Source of the DNA: Candidatus Iainarchaeum sp. | Lineage (GTDB): Archaea > Iainarchaeota > Iainarchaeia > Iainarchaeales > Iainarchaeaceae | DNA length: 64,000 bases | Direction: 5' to 3' | Assembly: GCA_043812975.1 (NCBI GenBank) | Contig: JBDRLP010000027.1 | Span: 52,111-116,110, forward strand | Part shown: in pieces, positions 17,109 to 26,552 of the stretch | Position numbering within the stretch: position 1 is the stretch's first letter | Layout of the letters: every line of letters begins with the position of its first letter | Notes under the pieces: model-generated | Database searches by the model: none | What the model was told of the DNA's origin: nothing | The model's input: the letters and a program-made list of their open reading frames with translations, nothing else | Position numbers and translations under genes: made by a program

Positions 17109-17741
17109 ATGGAAAAAGGTTTTTGGATTGTGTGGGACGGCATTGACGGTTCAGGAAAAGGCACGGTAATTCTTGAAATTAAAAAATTCCTTATAAAAAA
17201 AGGAATTCCAGAAAACCAAATTTTGGTTACAGCTGAACCCACTAAGGGTTTTTATGGTAAAAAAGTAAGAGAGCTCCTTAATACTCATGTTAATCCTGAT
17301 GTTAATGCTCAGCAATTTTTGGATCTTTATGTTGCTGACAGAGAAGAACATCTTGGAAAAGAAATAATGCCTGCTCTGAAAGAAGGAAAAATAATTCTCT
17401 GTGACCGTTACAAGTACAGTACTTTTGTTTATCAATTACTCCAAGGCATAGAGTTAGAAAAAATAATCGAATTTCACAAGGAAATGCTGGTTCCTGATTT
17501 AATTTTAATTTTAGACCTTCCGGTTGATGTTGCTTTACAAAGAATCGACTCTGATTCAAAAAGATCAGAAAAAGAAGTTTTTGAAAAAAAAGAATTTCTT
17601 GAAAAAGTCCGTCAGGGGTTCCTTTCATTAAAAGAAATTTTTCCTGAAGAAAACATTCGTATAGTTGATTCATCCAAAAACATCGGGGAAGTAACAAAGG
17701 AAACAGCTGATATTTTATGGAACAAGATAAAGGATTTATAG
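17109..17741 (+). CDS. tmk: Thymidylate kinase
   Basis: P-loop WDGIDGSGKGT, DRY-like CDRYKYSTFVYQ and LID region. Confidence 0.8.
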   Translation: MEKGFWIVWDGIDGSGKGTVILEIKKFLIKKGIPENQILVTAEPTKGFYGKKVRELLNTHVNPDVNAQQFLDLYVADREEHLGKEIMPALKEGKIILCDRYKYSTFVYQLLQGIELEKIIEFHKEMLVPDLILILDLPVDVALQRIDSDSKRSEKEVFEKKEFLEKVRQGFLSLKEIFPEENIRIVDSSKNIGEVTKETADILWNKIKDL

Positions 17742-18271
17742 AAAGACACAAGATTGCTATTTTCGGAAGCGGAGCATTACTCGTAATAGGATTAATTTTT
17801 CTGATAATTGTAATTATTGCAGCACTTGTTTTTTTGATTGGATTTTCAGAGCCCCAGTCTGTGCCTCCCATTATAGGAACTTCAAATCCAAGTGTAGGAA
17901 TTCCAAATTCAAATACGGGGACTCCAGATTCTTTACCTATTGCAAACACGCCTAATGATTCCAATGTTCCAAATTCTGTTATTCCAAGCAATGATTCTTT
18001 ATGGGCCGCGATAGAACTTTCGTTTGTTGAAAAAAGCTGTTTAGTTCAAGCAAAAATCCAGGCCGATGATCTTGACTGGGCAGTTAATAGTTGTTCATGT
18101 TCAGAAACAAAAACAGATTCTGAAAAGAATTATTCTTGTGCTGTTTCAGCTCTTGACAGAAAGCACGATTTGCAAGTGAACTGTATTAAAAAGAATAACA
18201 ACTGCACGATTATTTCCGAGCAGGGAAATTCCGTTTTCACTTTTGAACAATTGTATTCTTTAGTGCAATAG
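17717..18271 (+). CDS. Membrane-anchored Cys-rich secreted protein, hypothetical
   Basis: N-terminal TM helix, Pro/Asn/Ser-rich linker, Cys-rich C-terminal domain. Confidence 0.4.
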   Translation: MEQDKGFIERHKIAIFGSGALLVIGLIFLIIVIIAALVFLIGFSEPQSVPPIIGTSNPSVGIPNSNTGTPDSLPIANTPNDSNVPNSVIPSNDSLWAAIELSFVEKSCLVQAKIQADDLDWAVNSCSCSETKTDSEKNYSCAVSALDRKHDLQVNCIKKNNNCTIISEQGNSVFTFEQLYSLVQ

Positions 18272-18281
18272 AAAAAGTAAA

Positions 18282-18387
18282 TGCGGGCGCCGAGAATCGA
18301 ACTCGGGCCACAACCTTATTGCAAATAATCTTACTTAGTTTCGATTCTTTTTGGCAAGGTTGCGTACTACCGCTATACTACGCCCGC
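18282..18387 (-). tRNA. tRNA-Gly (anticodon GCC) with a roughly 33-nt intron at the canonical 37/38 position
   Basis: Acceptor GCGGGCG/CGCCCGC, anticodon stem CAACC/GGUUG flanking UUGCCA + intron, T arm CCGAG-UUCGAUU-CUCGG; 105 nt in total. Confidence 0.8.
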
Positions 18388-18427
18388 TTTATCTAATAAA
18401 CTTTCATTGGAAAAGGCTTTTAAATTC

Positions 18428-20158
18428 TCATTTTCTGAGCAGCAGTATTGCCAGTATAAGAATAAATATTATTGTTCCACCTGCTACAATAGGAGTTCCC
18501 GGATTATCAAAGTCAAGGTCAAAAGCATCTATTATAGGTTCTACAAGGTTATTTTGTGGTTTTATTTCTTTAACTATTATAGGGTCTTCCTTTTCAGGAA
18601 TTTGTATTTCAAATATCTTTTCATCAGGGGTATTTATTTTCACTATAACCTTTCCCGGCCTGATGTTTCTAACAATGTAAGCAAGGTTTCTTTCTTCAAA
18701 TTCCTGTAAAATAATTTCGTTTTCTTCAACTTGGTTTCCTTCGAATAAAATTTCAACAAAAACCGTGCCTTTTTCATTCCCGAGGTTCTCTAAACTAATT
18801 TTCATTTCCAAATTGTTTTCATTAATAAAAGGACTCACATCTTTTACCCGAATATTTGGACCTTTATTAGTATACTCTTTTGAGGGGATTACCTTTATTG
18901 CATCGCTTATGTTTCCATCAGGCAGCAATAAAATCAAACCATAAGTATAGAAGCCTTCTTCAAAATTTTCATTTGGTGCCCTTGCTTCCCAAGTTATTGT
19001 TTTGGTTTCTTCTTTTTCAAAGAAAATCAGTTTTTTATTATTATCAATACTGAATTTTTCATGAAGCACAAGTTCAATCGGCATTATTACTCTTTCCCCT
19101 GAAACATTTTTTATTTCCGCAGTAATTTCAAAAAGTTCTCCCGGAGGAACCTGCTCAGGTTTGTTCAGATTAACTTCAACTAGATTTTCAAAAAACTCAA
19201 CTGAATTTATTTCAACTCCAGGAAGCTCAAGATTTGTTGTTATGATTATTGGTTCTCTGCTTCTTGTAATAGCAATAAAATCAATTGCTTTGTTTGCGTC
19301 TGTTGTTTTGGCAATTGTAAAATGAGCGGCATCTAAATAACCAGCTTCCCCATAAGTAGAATCAACCCCTATCCACCCTGTTTTTGGAAGGTAAACTTCC
19401 AGCCACCCATGCAGTCCAAATCTTTGACCATCAAAACTTATTCCTGTAATATACTTTGTCGGTATTCCTTTTATTCTTGTAAAAGCCGCGGTTAAATTAG
19501 CAAATTCATCACATACTCCTGCTCTTGAATTATAAGTGTCTTTTGCAGAATAAACAGCATCATAATAATTTTCAAAATCATACTCGATATTGTTGTTTAC
19601 CCATTCTGTTATCTGTCTCACGGTTTCTATCTGAGAATTTGACGTAAATTCCAAAGAAGCTTTGCTTTTCAATTCCTGGTCATCAACCTCTATGAAACCT
19701 GTTGCTTCTTTAAATTCTGCAAATTCTTTAATTTCGTTTTCCAAGTTATAATCTTCTCCAAGACCTAATACAGCTTCTCTTTTTACTCTTGCTTTCCTAA
19801 GAATTTTGAAAGTGTTTGTTTCCGCATAACTGTAAAGGTCACTGATTTTGTATTGCGCATATTTCAATCCTTCCCTTTCAACATACTTGGGTTCTATTCT
19901 TTTTCCCCCAAATTCCAAATATTCTTCTAAACTAATAAGTTCCTGTTTTGTTTCTTCCTGTATTGAAATAAAAAGTAGCTCAAGTTCATCTCCTCTTGTT
20001 ATTGTTCCTGAAAAACTCCCGATTGCTTCAGAGGTTATTGTTACATCCATTGTTTTTACAGTTGAAGGCCTGAACTCTAATGCAAAAACTGATGAAGCAA
20101 ACAGCACAAAAAATGCGATTAAAATAATTTTTTTCATTACAAGAATTAATGTTTTCAA
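18428..20158 (-). CDS. Secreted/membrane-anchored transglutaminase-like cysteine protease domain protein
   Basis: Signal peptide; transglutaminase core motif GVCDEFANLTAAFTRIKGIPTKYITG...HGWLEVYL...GWIGVDST (Cys-His-Asp); C-terminal TM helix. Confidence 0.7.
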   Translation of the reverse strand: MKTLILVMKKIILIAFFVLFASSVFALEFRPSTVKTMDVTITSEAIGSFSGTITRGDELELLFISIQEETKQELISLEEYLEFGGKRIEPKYVEREGLKYAQYKISDLYSYAETNTFKILRKARVKREAVLGLGEDYNLENEIKEFAEFKEATGFIEVDDQELKSKASLEFTSNSQIETVRQITEWVNNNIEYDFENYYDAVYSAKDTYNSRAGVCDEFANLTAAFTRIKGIPTKYITGISFDGQRFGLHGWLEVYLPKTGWIGVDSTYGEAGYLDAAHFTIAKTTDANKAIDFIAITRSREPIIITTNLELPGVEINSVEFFENLVEVNLNKPEQVPPGELFEITAEIKNVSGERVIMPIELVLHEKFSIDNNKKLIFFEKEETKTITWEARAPNENFEEGFYTYGLILLLPDGNISDAIKVIPSKEYTNKGPNIRVKDVSPFINENNLEMKISLENLGNEKGTVFVEILFEGNQVEENEIILQEFEERNLAYIVRNIRPGKVIVKINTPDEKIFEIQIPEKEDPIIVKEIKPQNNLVEPIIDAFDLDFDNPGTPIVAGGTIIFILILAILLLRK

Positions 20159-20198
20159 TGTATAAATGCTTTTTTAGATAAGAAGGATAATGCCTAAT

Positions 20199-21086
20199 TC
20201 ACATTGCTTCTAATCTTTTTATTCTTTCAGCAGCTGGAGGGTGAGTAGAGAACATTCCGTCCATTAATCCGTTTCTGTTTTTCAAAGGATTATCAATGTA
20301 CAAGTGAGCTGTTGCCTTATTCGCTGCTTCAAGAATTTCTTTATCCCCTGAAATTTTTTTCAATGCATTAGCAAGACCATCCGGATTTCTGGTTAGTTGA
20401 GCTGCACTCGCATCAGCCAAATATTCTCTTTGCCTTGAAATCGCAAACTTGATCAGCATAGCAACAATCGGAGTTAATATTGCCAGAATAACTCCTCCAA
20501 CTAAAAGCAGAATCTGCATCTGTCCTCCGCCTTTGTTATCGTGTCTTCCCCAGAGAACACTTCTCAAAAGAATATCGCTAAGCAGTGCACTTAATCCCAC
20601 AAAAACAACTATCAACATCATAAGCCGAATATCATAATTTTTTATGTGACTCATTTCATGGGCTATTACTCCTTCAAGTTCTTCCCTATTTAACTTTTGT
20701 AAAATTCCAGTAGTAACCACAATAACTCCGTGTTCAGGGTCTCTTCCTGTTGCAAATGCATTCAAAGCAGTATCTTGTATTACATATGCTTTTGGTTTTG
20801 GAATTCCTGCAGCCAGAGCAAGTCCTTCAATTAAGTGAAATAAGTAAGGTTGTTCGTTTTTCTGTAATTCGCGTGCGCCCGAAATACTTAGTACAACTTT
20901 ATCTCCGTAAAAATAATTAAACCCCACAAAAATTACTAGAAAAATTACTCCGAGAATTATTCCTATTAATCCGCCTCCGGAGAACCAAACTTCTCCAAGC
21001 ACCCAGGATAAAAGAGTTATAAAAATAGAAAATCCAAGAACAAGCAGGATTGTGTTTCTCTTGTTCTCAGATATTTGTTCGTACAT
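20199..21086 (-). CDS. htpX: Zinc metalloprotease HtpX (M48 family)
   Basis: HEMSHIKNYD (HExxH) within a four-TM M48 architecture. Confidence 0.85.
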   Translation of the reverse strand: MYEQISENKRNTILLVLGFSIFITLLSWVLGEVWFSGGGLIGIILGVIFLVIFVGFNYFYGDKVVLSISGARELQKNEQPYLFHLIEGLALAAGIPKPKAYVIQDTALNAFATGRDPEHGVIVVTTGILQKLNREELEGVIAHEMSHIKNYDIRLMMLIVVFVGLSALLSDILLRSVLWGRHDNKGGGQMQILLLVGGVILAILTPIVAMLIKFAISRQREYLADASAAQLTRNPDGLANALKKISGDKEILEAANKATAHLYIDNPLKNRNGLMDGMFSTHPPAAERIKRLEAM

Positions 21087-21103
21087 TTAATATCAGCTCT
21101 GAA

Positions 21104-21667
21104 CTAATCAAACTTTACTTTAACATTTTCTTTTGCAGCTTCTTCAATTTCGAAGTAATCTCGTTTTCCAAAACCGAAAAGTGAAGCTATAATGTTGCTT
21201 GGTAGTGTTTCTGTTTTAGTGTTGTACTTCAGAACTTCGTCATTGTAAAATTGTCTTGTGTAGGCAATTTTTGATTCGATTCCTGCTAGTTCTTCCTGAA
21301 GCATTAGGAAATTTTTATTTGCTTTCAAATCAGGGTAAGCTTCTGAAACAGCAAACAAAGACTTCAAAGTACTGGACAAAAAGTTTTCTGCTTCTGCCTG
21401 TGCCTTTACTCCTTTTGCTTTTGTTATTGCTGCTCTCGCTTCTGTAACCTGTTTGAATGTCCCTTTTTCGTGCTTAGCATATCCTTTTACTGTTTCAACA
21501 AGGTTAGGCACTAAGTCAAACCTTTTTTTTAGCTGTACATCTATCTGGCTCCAAGCATTATCAATTCTGTTCTTCAGCTGAACAAAACCATTGTATGCAA
21601 AAACAAACCAGATTGCTGCAATTATGCCTACTATTACGATTGCTCCTCCAATTAATTCTAATGTCAT
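21104..21667 (-). CDS. lemA: LemA family protein
   Basis: N-terminal TM helix plus LemA-like sequence ([39 protein letters not shown]); LemA-HtpX pairing is common. Confidence 0.8.
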   Translation of the reverse strand: MTLELIGGAIVIVGIIAAIWFVFAYNGFVQLKNRIDNAWSQIDVQLKKRFDLVPNLVETVKGYAKHEKGTFKQVTEARAAITKAKGVKAQAEAENFLSSTLKSLFAVSEAYPDLKANKNFLMLQEELAGIESKIAYTRQFYNDEVLKYNTKTETLPSNIIASLFGFGKRDYFEIEEAAKENVKVKFD

Positions 21668-21748
21668 AAGTGAAAACCTCCAACAAAATTGGTTCGAAAG
21701 ATTATAAATAGCTTAGGGTATGAGTTTTTAGAAGTAGCTTTGGAGGGG

Positions 21749-22618
21749 TTATAATTCGCTTCCGCCAGTTGTTCTCAAGTATCTTTGATACGCTTCCCAG
21801 ATTTTTATTGCTTCTTCAACAGAGTATTTTTTCGCATTTTTTGATTTTTGGCTTTTAACTGCGGCTTCAATAGCTTCTTCTATTGATTTTCCTGGCTCAT
21901 TTCTTTTAATTATTCTGCCAATTATATCCGCTTCATTAAACGTAAGCCCTGTCCCTTGTTTAACTTCTTCTCTAATAAAGTTTAATGCAATAAAATTTAT
22001 GTTTGTAATTAACCAACCACGTAGTTGTGCTTTTTTTTCAGGATCAAACCTTGCAAATATTGATGCTAATCTTGCATTAACATAACTACTGAAATCCCTT
22101 GTCCTTTCTCCAAAAAAATTGTGCCTCTTACTTGCTTCAAATATTGCTTTTTTAATTATTCCTGTACTTTGTTGCATCAATTGTTCTTGAGCTTTAGTCA
22201 AACGTATTTCTCTATTAATTTTTGGAAGTGTTCCTTCCTTTCTCATTCGATGTTTGTAAGTGCCAACATTAGCGGTGCTGGTTTCAACTCCATTCTCTCT
22301 TAAAATATTTACTATTTCTTCAGGTGTTTTGTTTTGATTGTAAAAAATTGTTCTTCTTATTATTGCATTTCTCGAATTTAATTCATCAGCTTTAATTATT
22401 TTTGGAAGTATTCCGTCTTTTCTCATTTTTGATTTTCTAGTGCCAACAGTTTTGGGAGAAATTCTAATTCCTTGTTTTGCCAGAATAGCTACAATTTGTT
22501 GACGTGTTTTTACTTGATTTCTAGAAATTGTTCTTTTGATTTTGGCTTGTTTTGAATCCAATCTTACTACAGGTTTGGGTTTTGTTTTTGCCATTAAAAG
22601 ATTAGTTATTTGAATCAA
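21749..22618 (-). CDS. Hypothetical protein with two tandem basic HTH-like repeats of about 45 aa
   Basis: Internal repeats RTISRNQVKTRQQIVAILAKQGIRISPKTVGTRKSKMRKDGILPK / RTIFYNQNKTPEEIVNILRENGVETSTANVGTYKHRMRKEGTLPK. Confidence 0.35.
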   Translation of the reverse strand: MIQITNLLMAKTKPKPVVRLDSKQAKIKRTISRNQVKTRQQIVAILAKQGIRISPKTVGTRKSKMRKDGILPKIIKADELNSRNAIIRRTIFYNQNKTPEEIVNILRENGVETSTANVGTYKHRMRKEGTLPKINREIRLTKAQEQLMQQSTGIIKKAIFEASKRHNFFGERTRDFSSYVNARLASIFARFDPEKKAQLRGWLITNINFIALNFIREEVKQGTGLTFNEADIIGRIIKRNEPGKSIEEAIEAAVKSQKSKNAKKYSVEEAIKIWEAYQRYLRTTGGSEL

Positions 22619-22651
22619 TAAATAAGTTACTTTTTAGTATAAAAATTAGAA

Positions 22652-22671
22652 GTGGGCCAGGGAGGACTCGA
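22652..22671 (-). repeat. Duplicated 3' end (T loop to acceptor end, 20 nt) of the adjacent tRNA-Val
   Basis: tgggccagggaggactcgaa is identical to 22738..22757 within tRNA-Val; two perfect hairpins lie between the copies. Confidence 0.8.
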
Positions 22672-22737
22672 AGAAACTTTTGCCAAAAGTTTCATCAAAA
22701 CGTACGAAGCCTGCATTACCCATCCTTCGGATGGGTA

Positions 22738-22810
22738 TGGGCCAGGGAGGACTCGAACCTCCGATCCTCTCCGTGTAAAGGAGATGTCATAGCCACTAGA
22801 CCACAAGCCC
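22738..22810 (-). tRNA. tRNA-Val (anticodon UAC)
   Basis: Acceptor GGGCUUG/CUGGCCC (one U-U mismatch), D arm GUC-loop-GAC, anticodon stem UCUCC/GGAGA, loop UUUACAC, T arm GGAGG-UUCGAGU-CCUCC. Confidence 0.8.
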
Positions 22811-22933
22811 GACCTTTTCTTTTTCGAGAAAAAGAAAAGCTCGACCAAAAGAAAAAGCTCTTTCCTACTGTAAAGAAAGAATCCTTTTGGTTACTATGGA
22901 AATTCGTTTGAAAACTATTAAAAAGCTTCCAAT

Positions 22934-23191
22934 TCATTTTGTTAGGAATTTTTCTATGTAATCTGATTTGCTTAGCACAGATATTACTCTTTTTGCCCTT
23001 ACAAATACGAATGCTGCGGCAATTAGGGCCAACATTGCACTTACATACCGTAAAAATGCCTCAAAACTGTTTCCCTGGATTATTTGGATTGTAAATCCTT
23101 CTATAAATGCTGTAATGAATAATCCTATTGCCACTATTGTAACTACTGAAAAGAAAAATAGTTCAAAAATGTTCCTTGTTAGTATTTTCAT
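22934..23191 (-). CDS. Small integral membrane protein
   Basis: Two predicted TM helices. Confidence 0.4.
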   Translation of the reverse strand: MKILTRNIFELFFFSVVTIVAIGLFITAFIEGFTIQIIQGNSFEAFLRYVSAMLALIAAAFVFVRAKRVISVLSKSDYIEKFLTK

Positions 23192-23227
23192 AATACTCCC
23201 TATTGCTTTTCAAATATAATAAGTTAA

Positions 23228-23746
23228 TTGTTCTGTTTTTTGCTTGACGGAACGTTTATATATAAATTAATTGTATTAATTTCAGGTGTAATTGTGAGAA
23301 GACTTATTTATCTTAAAATTGCGGGCAAAGATGTGCATTTACCTAAACTTATAGGTTCTTTCATTATTTTTGCAGCATTTTTGTTATTTGTTCAGGCTTC
23401 AGCTTCTATGTTTGATTCTTGGGATTCAGCTAAGGAAGTTGACAGGTGTTTACAATTAGCTGCTGCTAATGAAGCTAGAGTAGAACCTGATGAAAGCATT
23501 TATCCTGAATGCAGGGAAATGGCAAGAGATTTTTTAGGAATTTCAGTAAGATCTGATCAGGATGGTTTAAGTCTGAGACAATTCTGGGGCTCCTTGTTAG
23601 GGCCGATAGCTTCAGTGTTAATCTGGTTAGCTTTGTTATTTGTTGGTTTAATTCTTTACAGAAGCGGAGAACTTGTTCTTCCTATTGATGAAACAATCAG
23701 GGAAGTTCCTGATGTAACAAGAAGTTTCAAAAAAAGAAAGAAATAA
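23228..23746 (+). CDS. Membrane protein, hypothetical
   Basis: Multiple hydrophobic helices; no family assignment. Confidence 0.4.
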   Translation: MFCFLLDGTFIYKLIVLISGVIVRRLIYLKIAGKDVHLPKLIGSFIIFAAFLLFVQASASMFDSWDSAKEVDRCLQLAAANEARVEPDESIYPECREMARDFLGISVRSDQDGLSLRQFWGSLLGPIASVLIWLALLFVGLILYRSGELVLPIDETIREVPDVTRSFKKRKK

Positions 23747-23788
23747 TTTCTATTTTTAAAAAAAAGAAAATTTAGACAACAACTACAA

Positions 23789-23850
23789 TGCGCCGTCTGC
23801 TCACGGCGGTAGAGCGTCCTGTTTTCAACAGGACTGGCTCACTTCGTTCG
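23789..23850 (+). repeat. GC-rich two-hairpin structured element, family copy D (tRNA-Glu-like 5' two-thirds, no T arm)
   Basis: GCGCCGU-CU-GCUC-ACGGCGGUA-GAGC-G-UCCUG-UUUUCAA-CAGGA-CUGGC then CUCACUUCGUUCGC tail; no T arm or 3' acceptor strand. Confidence 0.45.
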
Positions 23851-23853
23851 CAA

Positions 23854-25263
23854 TTATAACGCTGTTGCCCTTACTTTATCATTAATTTCTATCTTTCCTT
23901 TTTTTGCACCAATAACAAATTTGGTTTCTGCTTTTTCTGCAGCAGCCATAAGTCTTTTTGTTATTACTCCGTCAAATACTATTGCGTTTACTTTCTTTTT
24001 GGTTTTTCCAAGTTCTGTTACAAGATCCTTAACCTTGACTTCTTTTACTACTGTATTTTTCTCGTCAAGCATTTTTGCTTTCATTGAACCTTTTAGTTCA
24101 TCCAGAATTGGTTTGAATGTTTCTGTTTCTTCTTTAGTTAAAACAGAAATAAACCTAGGTCTCATTGGTCTTGGAGTAGGGGTTCTTGAAGTTCTTCGAT
24201 CATCAGTTCTATCGTTTCTTTCATTCCTGTCCCAGTTATTTCTTGGAGGTCCTCTTCCCATAGGTGGTCTTTCGTTTCGCATAGGAGGTCCTCTTGAAGG
24301 TCTGTCCCTATAACTGTTTTCCCTTTGAGGTGCATTTTCTCTTGAGTAGTTATTTTCTCGCGGATAACTTTGTTCTCTTGGATAGTTATTTTCTCTTGGA
24401 GAGGTTTCTCGCGAATAATTATTTCTTTGAGGTTTTCTTTCTCCAAATTCTTCACTCGTTTCTAATTTTCTTTTTAGTGATTGGAGTATTTCTTTTCTTG
24501 TTAGTTCCTCAACTTCTTTTCCATCAGGGGCTTTTGCAATGTAAGCTACTTTTGCAATCTGAATAAGTTTTCTTGCGTTTAAGATTCCGCCTCTGTCCCC
24601 ATCAATAAATAATGTTATTTCTTTGGTTTTGCTTAGTTCAGTTATTGTCGGAGAGATATTAGATCCATTCATTCCTATTACATTCTTTATCTGATTTTTA
24701 AGCATATTAATAACATCAGCTCTTCCTTCGACAACTATTATTTCTTTACTTATTTCAATATCAGGTCCTGCTGGTAACTTATCCGGGCCATAGCTTGATA
24801 TGTCGGATGCTCTTACTTTTTCTCTTAATTCATCGCCAAGCATTTGTGTATCAGGTTTTGACTGGTTCATCATTTTTTTCAAAAGTTCCTGAGCTCTGGT
24901 TTTGATTTCATCTCTTTTGTTTGTTCTGGTATCTTCCATACTAATTATTTCAAATTTTGCTTCACTTGGACCTACTTTATCCACGCTTTCAATTCCTGCT
25001 GCCAATAAACTTGTTTCTGCCATGTCCATTGAAGAGGGAACTAGTACTTCTCCTTTGGTTCTTCCCATTGCAGTTTTGTGTTCAATTTCTATTCTTCCGA
25101 GCTTTCCATTTTTCTGAAGCTCTTTAAGATCCATTTCGTCTCCAAGTAAACCTTCACTTTGTCCAAAAATTGCGCCAATTATATCTGGTTTGTCAACTAT
25201 ACCATCAATCTCAAATTTTAGTTTGATAACGTATTTTACTGTATTTACGTATGTTTTTGCCAT
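23854..25263 (-). CDS. dnaG: Archaeal DnaG-type primase (TOPRIM) with a low-complexity Arg/Asn/Glu/Pro-rich insertion
   Basis: Archaeal DnaG N-terminal region and TOPRIM (VVEGRADVINML...LFIDGDRGG); insertion of RENNY/PRENxY-type repeats at about 24183..24471. Confidence 0.85.
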   Translation of the reverse strand: MAKTYVNTVKYVIKLKFEIDGIVDKPDIIGAIFGQSEGLLGDEMDLKELQKNGKLGRIEIEHKTAMGRTKGEVLVPSSMDMAETSLLAAGIESVDKVGPSEAKFEIISMEDTRTNKRDEIKTRAQELLKKMMNQSKPDTQMLGDELREKVRASDISSYGPDKLPAGPDIEISKEIIVVEGRADVINMLKNQIKNVIGMNGSNISPTITELSKTKEITLFIDGDRGGILNARKLIQIAKVAYIAKAPDGKEVEELTRKEILQSLKRKLETSEEFGERKPQRNNYSRETSPRENNYPREQSYPRENNYSRENAPQRENSYRDRPSRGPPMRNERPPMGRGPPRNNWDRNERNDRTDDRRTSRTPTPRPMRPRFISVLTKEETETFKPILDELKGSMKAKMLDEKNTVVKEVKVKDLVTELGKTKKKVNAIVFDGVITKRLMAAAEKAETKFVIGAKKGKIEINDKVRATAL

Positions 25264-25292
25264 TTAATCATCTCCTTTGTTTCACTTGAGAA

Positions 25293-25562
25293 TCAGAGTT
25301 TGAATGTGTTTTGGAGTTGTTCTTGAGTTATTTCTTTCAGGAGAATTTTTTTCTTTTTGCTTTTTTCTCCGCTTTTGATTTCTACTTTGGTTTGAAACAA
25401 TTTTTCAAGCTCTTGGATCAGCTCTTTGTTGGCTTTTCCTTTCAATGCTTTTCCTTTTACCTTGACTCGCAAGGCGTTTGTCCATTGGTTCAGGCTAATG
25501 CTGAACTCCTTCGAATTCGGAATAACTTCCAAATTCATTTCAATATTTTTCAATTGTTTCAA
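25293..25562 (-). CDS. DUF167 (YggU-like) protein
   Basis: LEVIPNSKEF...LRVKVKGKALKGKANKELIQELEKLF pattern of the DUF167 family. Confidence 0.55.
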   Translation of the reverse strand: MKQLKNIEMNLEVIPNSKEFSISLNQWTNALRVKVKGKALKGKANKELIQELEKLFQTKVEIKSGEKSKKKKILLKEITQEQLQNTFKL

Positions 25563-25723
25563 GTTGATTAATCACTAATAACTCAATAATTTTTTCAACT
25601 GTAAAAACACAAACCCTAATTCTTGGTTAAGTGTAATTAGTTCCCTTAGGAACTCTATACATAAACCGCCAAGGAAATCTATATTAATGTTGCCTTTTTC
25701 GTATAAAATACCCTAAAAAGGGT

Positions 25724-25915
25724 TTATTTTGGCAATTTAACAATATTTCCACTGATTACTTGATAGGTGGCTCCTCTAATTGTTGTTTTAGCTGTTTCCC
25801 GCAACTGTCCACTATTCGGATCTCTTAAACGCATTAGTAATGTTCTGTAAAATGGGTCTTTTGGACCCATATTTTTATTACGCGAGATTTTACCTGCATT
25901 TCTTTTTTTTATCAT
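25724..25915 (-). CDS. Small basic hypothetical protein
   Basis: ORF only. Confidence 0.3.
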   Translation of the reverse strand: MIKKRNAGKISRNKNMGPKDPFYRTLLMRLRDPNSGQLRETAKTTIRGATYQVISGNIVKLPK

Positions 25916-25961
25916 TAAATTACCAAGTAAATTAAATACTCGCTAATATATATTCCTTCTT

Positions 25962-26366
25962 ATGCCCCGTTACAATAAAGGTGCAAATGCAGAACGTGAA
26001 TTAATCAGAATGTTCTGGAAAGAAGGTTTTGCTGTTGCACGTACTGCTGGTTCCGGTAAGAATGCTTTGCCAATGCCTGATTTAATAGTGCTTAGTAAAA
26101 ATCGTAAGATTGTAATTGAGGCTAAAGCCTGGCGTTCTAATTATTTAAATATTAATTTTGAACAAATGGAAGAACTTTTGAAGTGGAAAGAACTTGCTAA
26201 TGCAGAGGTTTTTATTGCTTGGAAATACCCTAACAAGGGCTGGTTTTTCATTGACCCTAAGCACTTCAAAAAGAACAAGCATTATTCTCTTTCATTTCCA
26301 AAGGCCCAAAGAGCAGGCCTTCTTTTTGAGGTTTTGGTTGGAAAACAAAGCCAGCTTAAGCCTTAG
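25962..26366 (+). CDS. hjc: Holliday junction resolvase Hjc
   Basis: KGANAERELIRMFWKEGFAVARTAGSG...PDLIVLSKNRKIVIEAK: Hjc PD-(D/E)xK signature. Confidence 0.85.
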   Translation: MPRYNKGANAERELIRMFWKEGFAVARTAGSGKNALPMPDLIVLSKNRKIVIEAKAWRSNYLNINFEQMEELLKWKELANAEVFIAWKYPNKGWFFIDPKHFKKNKHYSLSFPKAQRAGLLFEVLVGKQSQLKP

Positions 26367-26552
26367 CCGAGGTTTTAAAAATACTCCCAAACCTATTTCT
26401 ATTATATGTTAGAACTCGAATTAGTAATCAATCAGCTCGAAAAACAATATGAAAAAGAAAGGAGCATCAGAAAGAAAATAACTCTCGAAAACGCAATCAG
26501 TGCTTTGAAAGAATATGAGCGCTTAAATCAGGAATAGTTTTTTTTGCTAATT

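Noticed and set aside
22811-22870. AG/CT-rich perfect palindromes next to tRNAs (ttttctttttcg-ag-aaaaagaaaa at 22815..22840; ttctctt-gag-aagagaa at 46524..46540; similar at 53857..53960)
   Set aside because: They are most simply explained as T-rich transcription terminator or processing hairpins typical of archaeal tRNA flanks. They are not reported as separate findings.
22627-22937. ORFs 22627..22848 and 22716..22937
   Set aside because: They overlap tRNA-Val, its partial duplicate and the hairpin-rich spacer. They are translations of RNA or structural sequence.
23789-23850. Element D read as a genuine tRNA-Glu(UUC) gene or a Nanoarchaeum-style split-tRNA half
   Set aside because: The D arm and anticodon arm fold well, but there is no T arm and no 3' acceptor strand. 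Four other loci share the same module, so it is treated as a repeat-family member rather than a tRNA.
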